From the NCBI GenBank assembly GCA_964591195.1, contig CAZPZY010000001.1, positions 7,111 to 71,110 on the forward strand: a stretch of DNA of 64,000 bases, written 5' to 3'. Shown in pieces: positions 20,174 through 28,793 of the stretch. Source of the DNA: an uncultured Candidatus Saccharibacteria bacterium (GTDB lineage: Bacteria > Patescibacteriota > Minisyncoccia > Minisyncoccales > JAGGSE01). Numbering within the stretch: the stretch's first letter is position 1; each line of letters starts with the position of its first letter. The translations under genes were made by a program, and so were the position numbers. The notes below the pieces were generated by a model. It did no database searches, was not told where the DNA came from, and saw only the letters and a program-made list of their open reading frames with translations.

Positions 20174-20542
20174 TTACTTAATAATGTTCCTTATTTTTTC
20201 AACGATTTCCCCGGGTGTGAAATGGGCTTTAATCAGATAGTCAGTTGCCCCCATCTTCAAACCCTTCTCAATGTCTTCTTTCTGACCCAAATTTGAAAGA
20301 ATGATTACGGGAATTAAACTGGAGGCGGGGTCTTCTTTTATCTTGCTTAAAACCTCAAATCCATCCATCTCAGGCAAGATAAGATCGAGCAGAATTAGGT
20401 CTGGCTTTGTTTCCTTTGTCTTTTTAACCCCCTCTTCTCCGTCTACTGCCTCTGAAACCTCATAACCATCTTTAGCCAATTTTTTGGCTATCAGTTCTCT
20501 CAAAAATTTGTCGTCCTCAATAATTAAAATTTTCTTTGCCAT
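20174..20542 (-). CDS. Single-domain response regulator (CheY-like)
   Basis: ILIIEDD, DLILLDLILPEMDG, ILSN, DYLIK. No output domain. Confidence 0.93.
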   Translation of the reverse strand: MAKKILIIEDDKFLRELIAKKLAKDGYEVSEAVDGEEGVKKTKETKPDLILLDLILPEMDGFEVLSKIKEDPASSLIPVIILSNLGQKEDIEKGLKMGATDYLIKAHFTPGEIVEKIRNIIK

Positions 20543-20557
20543 ATTTAATGCGCGTTA

Positions 20558-20929
20558 TCATTTACCGATTTGTTTGACCACCTTTTTTAACACCTCTTCC
20601 GGGTCAAACTCGGTTTTGATTAGCCAGTCCTTCGCTCCCAATTCCTGAGCCCTACCTATCTCTACCGGTTGCCCGGAGTTGGAAATGATAATTACCGGAA
20701 TTTTCTTAAGATTTTCCTCTTTATTCATTTCTTCCATTACCTGAAACCCGCTCATTTTTGGCATAATAACATCAAGCAAGACAAGGTTTGGTCTCTCCTT
20801 CTTTATCATTTTTAATCCCTCTTCTCCGTTTCTTGCCAACAAAACACCATAGCCCTCTTTTTTCAATCTCTTTTGAAGAAGGTCCGACAGTATCTCCTCA
20901 TCTTCAACTATTAAAATTTTTTTTGCCAT
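20558..20929 (-). CDS. Single-domain response regulator (CheY-like)
   Basis: ILIVEDE, LLDVIMPKMSG, IISN, DWLIK. No output domain. Confidence 0.93.
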   Translation of the reverse strand: MAKKILIVEDEEILSDLLQKRLKKEGYGVLLARNGEEGLKMIKKERPNLVLLDVIMPKMSGFQVMEEMNKEENLKKIPVIIISNSGQPVEIGRAQELGAKDWLIKTEFDPEEVLKKVVKQIGK

Positions 20930-20983
20930 CGTTTTTTGTCTTGAATTCTTTTACCTAATTCTACTACTTTCAGGGGAAGAATG

Positions 20984-22306
20984 TCAAGTCAAGGGTAAAG
21001 AAAAGTGAAACACAGACCCCTTGTTTTCCTCTGATTCTGCCCAGATTTTCCCCCGGTGTGCCTCAATAATATTTTTGGAAATAAATAGCCCCAGGCCGGT
21101 TCCTTCTGTTTCCATTCTCACTGCATTTGCCCCTCTAAAAAATTTAGTAAAGAGTCTGTCCTGTTGTTCCTTGGGAATACCTATACCCGTATCCCTTACG
21201 GAAAATTCTATCTCTTTCTTCTTCCGCTTAAGAGAAACAACAATTTTTCCTCCCGGGGGAGTGTATCTAACAGCGTTTTCCAGAAGGTTTTGAATCACCA
21301 AACTAATTTTTTCCTCATCAAGTTTAATCTGCGGTAGTTTTCCCTTTGGTCTTTTGAATTCAAACTTTATCTTTTTTCTCTTAATCTCTGCCTTGTGAGA
21401 ATTAATCACCGCCTGGCATATTTTTGTCAGATCGCGAAAAGCCGGCTTATAGATATATCTGCCTTCCTCAATCCTGGCAACGTCCAAAAGGTCGTTAACC
21501 AGATTAATCATCCGTTCATTGGACTGATAGGTTTTTTGAAGAAATCTCTTTTGTTCCTCAGTCAGGGGGCCCATATCCTCTGCCAAAATCATTCCCAAAC
21601 TCCATTTTATCGCTGACAGTGGAGTCCTTAATTGATGAGCGGCTACAGATACAAATTCGGTCTTCATTCTCTCTATCCGTTTTTCGTGGGTAATATCATG
21701 GAGTACAAGCAAACTTCCTATTCTTTCTTTCTCTCTTGTTATTGGGCTCGTTGTTATCTCCAGAATTAGGTTTTCATGGAGTTTAACCTCTTCTCGGAAG
21801 ACCTTTTTCTTTTTTTCGACTACCTGAACGACCAGTTTTAAGGAAGAAAAACGGCTCAAATTAGCAAGGGATTCTCCTTCTATCTCTTCCGCCCTAATGC
21901 CTAAAATCTCTTCCGCCTGAGAATTAACCAATGAAACCCTGTTGTCGGAATCAAAAACCAAAAGCCCGTCGGTTAGGTTGGCAATGATGGCAAGCGTCTT
22001 GTTTCTTTCCTCCTCAGCCTTCTTTCTGGCCTCATCAATATCTTCCAATATATTCAGCAGTGCCTTTCTCGCATCTTTTAGTTCTTTGGTCTTTTTTTCT
22101 AGCTGCTCTACCTTCCTTTTAATATCTGCCGCCTTGGCTATTTCCCTTATTCTCAAGACCATTTCTCTCTCCTTGGCTGCTTCCAGTTCTTTTATCTTTC
22201 GCTCCAATTCTTCTTTAACCCGAGTTAATTCAAGGTCTCTCCGGAGTAGCGTTTTCGTACCCTTCCTTAATTCTTCAGATTTAAATTCTTCTTGCTTTTC
22301 TCCCAT
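20984..22306 (-). CDS. Cytoplasmic PAS-domain histidine kinase with N-terminal coiled coil
   Basis: No TM segment. PAS domain (LTDGLLVFD...VLHDIT), AAHQLRTP, NLLENAVRY, DTGIG, GTGLGL. Confidence 0.92.
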   Translation of the reverse strand: MGEKQEEFKSEELRKGTKTLLRRDLELTRVKEELERKIKELEAAKEREMVLRIREIAKAADIKRKVEQLEKKTKELKDARKALLNILEDIDEARKKAEEERNKTLAIIANLTDGLLVFDSDNRVSLVNSQAEEILGIRAEEIEGESLANLSRFSSLKLVVQVVEKKKKVFREEVKLHENLILEITTSPITREKERIGSLLVLHDITHEKRIERMKTEFVSVAAHQLRTPLSAIKWSLGMILAEDMGPLTEEQKRFLQKTYQSNERMINLVNDLLDVARIEEGRYIYKPAFRDLTKICQAVINSHKAEIKRKKIKFEFKRPKGKLPQIKLDEEKISLVIQNLLENAVRYTPPGGKIVVSLKRKKKEIEFSVRDTGIGIPKEQQDRLFTKFFRGANAVRMETEGTGLGLFISKNIIEAHRGKIWAESEENKGSVFHFSLPLT

Positions 22307-23274
22307 TATTTTTGTTTTTGGTCCTTATATTTTTCTAATTCCTCTTTTAATTTCTTAATCTCCTTCTTTAGTTCTATCATTCTCAATTCCCGGCCAACAG
22401 TTAATTTTTGAAATCTTTCCAATTCTGTCAATCTTTCCTGAAGTTCTTTTGTCCTTTCCTTAACCTTTTCTTCCAAACTCTCGGTCAGCTTTCTTAATTC
22501 TTTGGTCCTTTCTTGAACCTTTACCTCCAACCCCGCCTTCTCTTTTTCCAGGGCCTCTTTTGATTTTCTTAAATCCTCAACTGTTCTGTTAAAGGTATCA
22601 GCCAATTCTCCTATTTCTGTTTTTGACCTAACCTTAACCTTTACCTTAAGGTTCCCTTCTCTGATTTTCTGACAGGCACGGTTTAATTTTCTCAAGGGGG
22701 TCACTATTTCCCTTAAGAGAATGACTAAAATCAAAATAGTTATCAACAAGCCGCTCCCTGTGATTAAAAAGTCCCTTATCCACATATCTCTAATGGTTTT
22801 CTCTATGCTAGCCAGGGTAAACCCGACCCAGATGGTCTTGTTTTGGTAGCCAGGATAAATAATCAACTTTGTTTTTTCCCCTTCAAAAAAACTATCTTTA
22901 ATTAGCGGCTTTTGTGTGCTAATTACCTTTAGGATGTCAGGTTCTTTAATAATCCTTCCCCATTCTTTTTCAATACTGCTTTTATAAATAGTCCCATCTT
23001 GATTGACCACCCGGATATATTTCACATCTTTAAAGGTAGCCAGTTCTCCAATGAGGGCTTTTTCCATTCCGGGCACCAGAGCCAATCTATAAACCCAAAT
23101 CGGAGATGCCAAAGATTCATTTAGTGTCTCGGCTAGATGAATCTTTTCCCTAATTGCCGTTTCAATCAAATCCTTTTTATGCTGACTAATAGAGAAATAA
23201 ACAGAAGCAAAATTAGCAGTAATTAAAATTCCGAAAACAACAAAAATAATGGTGTAGAGTGAATGTTTTCTCAT
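22306..23274 (-). CDS. Membrane sensor with extracytoplasmic domain, HAMP and C-terminal coiled coil (no kinase domain)
   Basis: Two TM helices, PLRKL...EIGELADTFNR HAMP signature, repeated LExKVxERTKEL, VGRELRMIELK. Confidence 0.85.
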   Translation of the reverse strand: MRKHSLYTIIFVVFGILITANFASVYFSISQHKKDLIETAIREKIHLAETLNESLASPIWVYRLALVPGMEKALIGELATFKDVKYIRVVNQDGTIYKSSIEKEWGRIIKEPDILKVISTQKPLIKDSFFEGEKTKLIIYPGYQNKTIWVGFTLASIEKTIRDMWIRDFLITGSGLLITILILVILLREIVTPLRKLNRACQKIREGNLKVKVKVRSKTEIGELADTFNRTVEDLRKSKEALEKEKAGLEVKVQERTKELRKLTESLEEKVKERTKELQERLTELERFQKLTVGRELRMIELKKEIKKLKEELEKYKDQKQK

Positions 23275-23278
23275 AAAC

Positions 23279-24223
23279 CTACTCTGGAATGGCTGATGAG
23301 CTGTGGCTGGCAGATACTACATCAATAAAAAGGTCTGAGAATTTTTTTGCTTTTTCCTTGCTTACCCCCAATTTCAATAATTCTTTTTCTGATAGAGATG
23401 CCCCTTGGTCAACGGCAACTATTTTGTAGGAAGGAAACCTTGATTTTAGCCAGATACCCAGTTCATAAGGGGTGATAAAGACCGGGTTAAAGAGTTGGCC
23501 CCATTTTCTAAAATCAGACAGAGACAATGAATCAAAACGCCCGTTGGTAAATAAAATCAAATCTATTTTTTTCAGTTGAACCAGTTCTTGATATTTCCGA
23601 GGGAAATTCAAATTGTACTGGATCTCCGGGTCAATTAAAATCCTGGCCCCCTTTGGGCTTTCAAGCAACCAGGCACCATGACCCAACCACTCGGTCTTAA
23701 CCCCTAACAATTCTTTTTCTTCTCCTATTTGAAATTTTAGGGCTTTGCTTCTCAGATCATATTTTTCCAGCTCTTTAAAAAATTCCTCCGGGTTTTTGAC
23801 TAACTCAGGAAAACTAGCATAACGGTCAGGCACAATATAAGAAGAGGGACCAATCAAACAAGCGGCATAGGCAGCGGCTTTAGGGCTTAGGCTATAGATA
23901 TTTCCAATTGGCAAAAAGGCAACATCTGGTTTATAAAACCTACCTATTAGTTGCAGATTAGAATCCAGCCCTGTAGGTCCGGAAAAATAAAATTTGGTTC
24001 CATTTTCAAACCCTATTACATAACCCACTGCTTCTCCTGTATAAATATAAGGGGCGACCCTTTTTTCTAAGAGCGCCTCTTTCCTGTCTAGGTTCTCCAT
24101 TGTTTTTTCTATTCTTTCCAAACTGATTTTCAGATTATTGGAAACACTAATGGCTAAAAAAATTCCAGTTAAAGATATAATTAAGACGCTAATTAAAATA
24201 GTGAGGATAAATTTGTTGCTCAT
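23279..24223 (-). CDS. Membrane-anchored metallo-beta-lactamase-fold (UPF0173-like) protein, circularly permuted and lacking metal ligands
   Basis: The normal C-half motifs (YxGxAVGYVI, FSGPTGL, PDVAFLPIG, IVPDRYASFP) come before the normal N-half motifs (WLGHGAW, ILIDP, LFTNGRFDS, ASHSSS). Confidence 0.75.
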   Translation of the reverse strand: MSNKFILTILISVLIISLTGIFLAISVSNNLKISLERIEKTMENLDRKEALLEKRVAPYIYTGEAVGYVIGFENGTKFYFSGPTGLDSNLQLIGRFYKPDVAFLPIGNIYSLSPKAAAYAACLIGPSSYIVPDRYASFPELVKNPEEFFKELEKYDLRSKALKFQIGEEKELLGVKTEWLGHGAWLLESPKGARILIDPEIQYNLNFPRKYQELVQLKKIDLILFTNGRFDSLSLSDFRKWGQLFNPVFITPYELGIWLKSRFPSYKIVAVDQGASLSEKELLKLGVSKEKAKKFSDLFIDVVSASHSSSAIPE

Positions 24224-24254
24224 ACTATTTTTATTTTAGCATTTTTTTCTCAAA

Positions 24255-24289
24255 AGAAAAATGGGGCTGATAAAAAGCCCCATTTTTCT
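24255..24289. terminator. Bidirectional intrinsic terminator-like hairpin
   Basis: AGAAAAATGGGGCT / AGCCCCATTTTTCT inverted repeat just after the stop codon of the LVIVD gene. Confidence 0.75.
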
Positions 24290-24302
24290 TCTTTTGTTCT
24301 GA

Positions 24303-25457
24303 TTACTTCAGTTCAAAGACCGAAAGGGAAGAGTCCTCAAATCCAGCCACATAGACATATGGTCCTGAGACATAAACTGACCAAGCGCCACCCAAGTAAT
24401 ATGGAGCGCCCCTCCCTTGAATGGAATCCACCAAGGTTGGTTTTTTCGGGTTGCTGATATCAAAGACTGAGAGAGCGCTGTCCTTAGCAGAGGCAACATA
24501 GGCATATTTCCCGGAAACAAAGACAGAAGAGGCACCTCCCAAAAAGTAGGGACTGCCGGCTCCGTGAACATTGCCCAAAAACAGGGGAGCAGTTGGGTCA
24601 GAGACATCAAAAATAGTCAGGGAATTGTCATACATTGAAGCAACATATGCCTTATTTCCAGAGACAAAAACTGAGGTTGCTCCGTCAAGATAATTTGGAT
24701 AACCGGCTCCTCTGGCAGTACCGACATGTTTTGGATGGGTTGGATCGGAAACATCAGAAACGCTCAAGGCATCATCACCAGCCGTAGCCACATAGGCATG
24801 GTTATGGCTTACAGCAACAGAACTGGCTCCGTCTAGGTAGGGGGATGCCTTGCCGGCAACCGAACCAAGATACTTCGGATTGCTTGGGTCGGAAACATCA
24901 ATCAAGGTCAGGGCCTTATCATCAAAGGCGGCAACATAGGCAATGTTCTTAACCACACAAACCGAGTTTGCTCCGTCAAGATAATTGGGGGAACCAGCAC
25001 CAGAAATGACTCCTAGGTGCTTTGGATTTTCCGGGTCAGAGACATCAAAAATAGTCAGGGCGTCATCTAAATAGGAAGCAACATAGGCACGGTTCCCAGA
25101 GACAAAAACAGAATCTGCTCCACCCAAGTAGTAGGGGGCCCCTGCTCCTTTCAATACCTTTACCAATTTAGGATGAGAAGGGTCGGAGATATCAAAGACT
25201 GAAAGAGCACTGTCCTGCAGAGAAGCAGTAAAGGCATAATTTCCTGCAATATGAACAGAACTTACCCCCTTCAAGAAATTTGGAGAGCCGCCTCCTGAAA
25301 TCTTTCCTACAAACTCAAGATTCCCCTTCTGAACTGGCGGCGGCAGTGGAGGAGTAGGGGATGGTGGCGAGGGCTTTCTCAACCAGATAAAGGAAAAACC
25401 GACAAAGGCAACAACTACAACGATAAATACTAACCAATAAATCTTATTATCCTTCAT
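24303..25457 (-). CDS. Membrane-anchored LVIVD-repeat beta-propeller protein
   Basis: N-terminal TM helix, Pro-rich linker, then about 7 repeats of GAxSVxVSGxxAYVA...LxxFDVSDPxxP. Confidence 0.88.
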   Translation of the reverse strand: MKDNKIYWLVFIVVVVAFVGFSFIWLRKPSPPSPTPPLPPPVQKGNLEFVGKISGGGSPNFLKGVSSVHIAGNYAFTASLQDSALSVFDISDPSHPKLVKVLKGAGAPYYLGGADSVFVSGNRAYVASYLDDALTIFDVSDPENPKHLGVISGAGSPNYLDGANSVCVVKNIAYVAAFDDKALTLIDVSDPSNPKYLGSVAGKASPYLDGASSVAVSHNHAYVATAGDDALSVSDVSDPTHPKHVGTARGAGYPNYLDGATSVFVSGNKAYVASMYDNSLTIFDVSDPTAPLFLGNVHGAGSPYFLGGASSVFVSGKYAYVASAKDSALSVFDISNPKKPTLVDSIQGRGAPYYLGGAWSVYVSGPYVYVAGFEDSSLSVFELK

Positions 25458-25536
25458 ATTTTCCCCTCATTTTTTATATATGCTCGACCTTTTTTATTTT
25501 TCGACCTTTAATGTATTTTAGCAAATTGGAGGAAAA

Positions 25537-26439
25537 TTAAAAGTGCAAAGAAAGGGTCGGCTCGGGCAATTTTTCGGTCAAACTATAAAATTCAAATTTC
25601 TTTAGGCCCTCAATTGCCTTTTTTCTGTTGTATTTTTCAAAACTACATTCCTCTAAACCTATTCTTAAGGGAATGTCTTTTTTGATTTTAGCCAAATCTT
25701 TTGACAAAAAGGCATCTTTTTTATGCCTTAATAACAACTCTTTTATCTTTTGCCTAATCTTTTTTGCCTTTTCAGAGTTTTCCTCCAGTTCTCTATATAA
25801 ATCTTCCAAATTCTCAAATCTCTTGAGAAGGTCTATGGCTGTTTTCTCTCCTATCCCGGCAACCCCGGGAATGTTGTCAGAAGGATCTCCCCTAAGCGCC
25901 TTAAAATCAACAATCTGAGAGGGAAAAATTCCGTATTCTTCTTTAACCCTGTTTTGGTCGTACAAATGGGCGTTCTTGATTCCTCTTTTCAAAAGAAAAA
26001 CCTTTGTTCTTGAATCAATCAACTGCAAAATATCCATATCCCCGCTCAAGATAATCACCTCAATATCCGGAGGACTAATTTTAGAAATGGTCCCTATCAG
26101 GTCGTCTGCCTCAAATCCTTTTTTTTCAAAAATTGGGACGCCAAAAGCGGCTAAGACCTCCTTTACCTTTGGAATCTGAGAAACCAGATCTTTAGGTGTG
26201 GGGGGTCTTTTTGCTTTGTATTCCTTAAACCTTTTGTGACGGAAGGTTGGTCCTGGGGAATCAAAACAGGCAGCAATAAAATCGGGCTGAAACTCCCTTA
26301 TTGCTTTCAAAAAAACCAACAAAAATCCATAAACAGCGTTGACCGGCTCGGCCTTCTTTGTGGTAAGTAGAGGAAGGGCGTGGTATGCCCGATGAATAAG
26401 AGAATTGGCATCAATAAGAACAAGCCGCTTTCTCTGCAT
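25537..26439 (-). CDS. Stand-alone 5'-3' exonuclease (PolA N-terminal/FEN domain)
   Basis: LIDANSLIHRAYHA, YKAKR, EADDLIGT, SGDMD, GDPSDNIPGVAGIGEKTA. Ends before any polymerase domain. Confidence 0.92.
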   Translation of the reverse strand: MQRKRLVLIDANSLIHRAYHALPLLTTKKAEPVNAVYGFLLVFLKAIREFQPDFIAACFDSPGPTFRHKRFKEYKAKRPPTPKDLVSQIPKVKEVLAAFGVPIFEKKGFEADDLIGTISKISPPDIEVIILSGDMDILQLIDSRTKVFLLKRGIKNAHLYDQNRVKEEYGIFPSQIVDFKALRGDPSDNIPGVAGIGEKTAIDLLKRFENLEDLYRELEENSEKAKKIRQKIKELLLRHKKDAFLSKDLAKIKKDIPLRIGLEECSFEKYNRKKAIEGLKKFEFYSLTEKLPEPTLSLHF

Positions 26440-26526
26440 AATCCCATTTTAGTTAATTTTAGCCAAAACTGTCAAGGACTTCCATTCTTTTCAAAAATAG
26501 GATAAACTATACCTGTCAGGTATTTT

Positions 26527-27807
26527 ATGGACGTATCGCTATCATCATCCATTTCTAATGTAGTAAAAGAAATAAAGAATGTCCCGGGATTCAAGAAGAA
26601 GATAGAAAACGCTCTTCAAAAAAACATTACTGAACTTTTTGCAATTATCCTGGGAGGAGCCATTGGCTTAAGGGCCTCCGACATTCATATTGAGCCGCGA
26701 AAAGAAACAGTCCGGCTCCGTCTCAGAATTGATGGAATCCTGCAGGATGTAATCCTTATCAGTCCTAAAATCTATCACTCTCTTCTTTCCAGAATAAAAT
26801 TTGTCTCGGGATTAAAATTAAATGTAAGTGACCGGCCCCAGGATGGAAGATTCTCAATTATTCAAGGAGAAAGGAAAATTGAAACCAGGGTCTCAAGCCT
26901 CCCCTCTGATTTTGGAGAATCAATAGTAATGCGATTGCTAGATCCGAGAAATCTGATTGAGATAGAACAACTTGGCTTAAGAAAGGACCTGTTGGCACTT
27001 TTCAAAAAACAAATAAAAAGACCAAACGGAATGATTTTGGTAACAGGTCCTACCGGCTCTGGTAAAACAACAACCCTCTATGCCTTTCTGAAGCGGATAC
27101 AAAATCCAGAGATAAAGATAATCACCATAGAAGACCCCATTGAGTACAAACTAAAAGGAATCACCCAAACCCAGGTCAATCATAAAAAGGGATATGACTT
27201 CGCCTCGGGCCTAAGGGCGCTTATGAGACAGGACCCGGATGTGATATTGGTTGGAGAAATCAGAGACCTGGAGACCGCTGAAATTGCCTGCGAGGCCGCT
27301 CTCACTGGTCACCTTGTTTTATCTACCCTCCACACAAACGACGCTGCCGGCGCTATAGCCCGGTTGGTTGACATAGGGGTCCGACCCATTTCAATTGCCC
27401 CGGCAATCAATATGGCTATTGCCCAGCGTCTTGTAAGAAGGGTCTGTAAAAAATGCGTAAGGTATGTCAAGCCCTCTAAGGAGGAAAGAAAAAAAATAAA
27501 AGAAGGGCTGGCAAATGTAAGAAAAGATATTATTCCTCCAGAATTTTTTGCCACCGACTTCAAAATTCCAAAGATACAAGGTTGTCCTGACTGCAATTTC
27601 ACTGGATACCGAGGAAGAACCGGCATTTATGAGGCATTCGTGGTGGATGACCAGATGAAGGAATTTATTTTAACAAACCCCTCAATAACAGCCACAAGAA
27701 ATTTAGCCATAAAAAAAGGAATGGTCTTAATGCATCAGGATGGATTGATTAAGGTGCTGGAGGGTATAACCACAATTGAAGAGGTGGAAAGGGTAACTGG
27801 AGAATAA
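26527..27807 (+). CDS. PilB/GspE-family secretion/pilus ATPase
   Basis: ASDIHIEP, PQDGR, GPTGSGKTTT, IEDPIEY, RQDPDVILVGEIRD, CxxC...CxxC. Confidence 0.93.
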   Translation: MDVSLSSSISNVVKEIKNVPGFKKKIENALQKNITELFAIILGGAIGLRASDIHIEPRKETVRLRLRIDGILQDVILISPKIYHSLLSRIKFVSGLKLNVSDRPQDGRFSIIQGERKIETRVSSLPSDFGESIVMRLLDPRNLIEIEQLGLRKDLLALFKKQIKRPNGMILVTGPTGSGKTTTLYAFLKRIQNPEIKIITIEDPIEYKLKGITQTQVNHKKGYDFASGLRALMRQDPDVILVGEIRDLETAEIACEAALTGHLVLSTLHTNDAAGAIARLVDIGVRPISIAPAINMAIAQRLVRRVCKKCVRYVKPSKEERKKIKEGLANVRKDIIPPEFFATDFKIPKIQGCPDCNFTGYRGRTGIYEAFVVDDQMKEFILTNPSITATRNLAIKKGMVLMHQDGLIKVLEGITTIEEVERVTGE

Positions 27808-27815
27808 ATATAAAT

Positions 27816-28520
27816 ATGAGGTTCTGGATCTTCGCCCTGCTTTTTAGTGCCCTTCCCTTCTTAATCAGAGCCGCCTCTCCTCTTGATATTGTTATCAATG
27901 AGATTGCCTGGATGGGCCAACCTGATTCTGCCAAAAATGAATGGATAGAACTGTACAATAACAGAGAAAAAGAGATAGATACCTCTGGTTGGAGCATTGA
28001 AAATGCCGGCATCAATAGAAAAACCTTGAAGATATCTAAGGGAAGGGTACCAGGCAATGGATTCTTCCTTATCTGCAGAAAGAAAATGCCAGATTGTGAT
28101 TTTATCGCCAAGGACCTCTCCCTTGCCAATGACTACTTGAAAAATGGTCCACTGATCTTAAAAGACAAAGCGGGCAACATCATTGATAAAACACCAAAAG
28201 CAAAAAACAAAAAATGGCCCGCTGGCTCTGTTAAGACCGGACAGACAATGGCAAGAAAAAATCCAAAAGACAAAGGGGATCTAATCAGCAATTGGCTAAC
28301 AAGCCAAAGAAGCGGAGGAACACCTAAGGCGAAGAATCTCTTCATTTCTCCAAAAATTAAAAATCAGGAAAGGCAGGAAAGGCAGGGCTTCAAAATTGAA
28401 AACCAAAATCATTCGCTGAAGAAAACCTCGCCTGATACAATGCTAATTGCCTTTTCCCTGGCTATCTTTTCAGGAACAGGGGCTGTTCTCCTTAAAAGAA
28501 AAATAAAAGGGACCTCCTAA
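27816..28520 (+). CDS. Exported lamin-tail-domain protein with C-terminal TM
   Basis: Signal peptide, IVINEIAWMG, EWIELYN, GTPKAKN and a C-terminal hydrophobic helix. Confidence 0.82.
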   Translation: MRFWIFALLFSALPFLIRAASPLDIVINEIAWMGQPDSAKNEWIELYNNREKEIDTSGWSIENAGINRKTLKISKGRVPGNGFFLICRKKMPDCDFIAKDLSLANDYLKNGPLILKDKAGNIIDKTPKAKNKKWPAGSVKTGQTMARKNPKDKGDLISNWLTSQRSGGTPKAKNLFISPKIKNQERQERQGFKIENQNHSLKKTSPDTMLIAFSLAIFSGTGAVLLKRKIKGTS

Positions 28521-28523
28521 AAT

Positions 28524-28551
28524 TTGATTTTCCTTAAAAAAATGCTAAACT
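28524..28551 (+). promoter_or_regulatory. Putative sigma70 promoter upstream of the trpS leader
   Basis: TTGATT-16 nt-TAAACT with extended TG. Confidence 0.45.
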
Positions 28552-28589
28552 ACTAATGTGTCCTATTTAACTATAATAATAATTTCCTT

Positions 28590-28780
28590 GCTGAGGCATC
28601 TTGTTGAGGTGGAGCATATCGCAGCCGAGCCCCAGAATAGGTTTGCGCTTCAGAAAAGGTATGGACGGCTCGGCGAGATATAGAAGCGCCTGGGAATAAA
28701 TTTCTTCTTACCACTTACGGCGACTTCGTGCTCCCCGAGGCAAGATGCCTCAGCGAATTTGCTACCAGAGCGGTTAGCAA
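28590..28780. ncRNA. Long structured intergenic element upstream of trpS (candidate ncRNA or miniature repeat)
   Basis: Perfect 14-bp closing stem GCTGAGGCATCTTG/CAAGATGCCTCAGC, inner stems GGAGCA/TGCTCC, GCCGAGCC/GGCTCGGC and GCGCTTC/GAAGCGC, then a TTGCTACC..GGTTAGCAA hairpin. Confidence 0.55.
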
Positions 28781-28793
28781 TTAAACCAAACCT

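Noticed and set aside
25537-26439. polA pseudogene
   Set aside because: The nuclease domain is complete with a clean end and no polymerase remnant follows. Stand-alone 5'-3' exonucleases are a known class.
28590-28793. T-box or Trp attenuator upstream of trpS
   Set aside because: No GGTGGNACC T-box sequence, no U-tailed terminator and no Trp-codon leader peptide.
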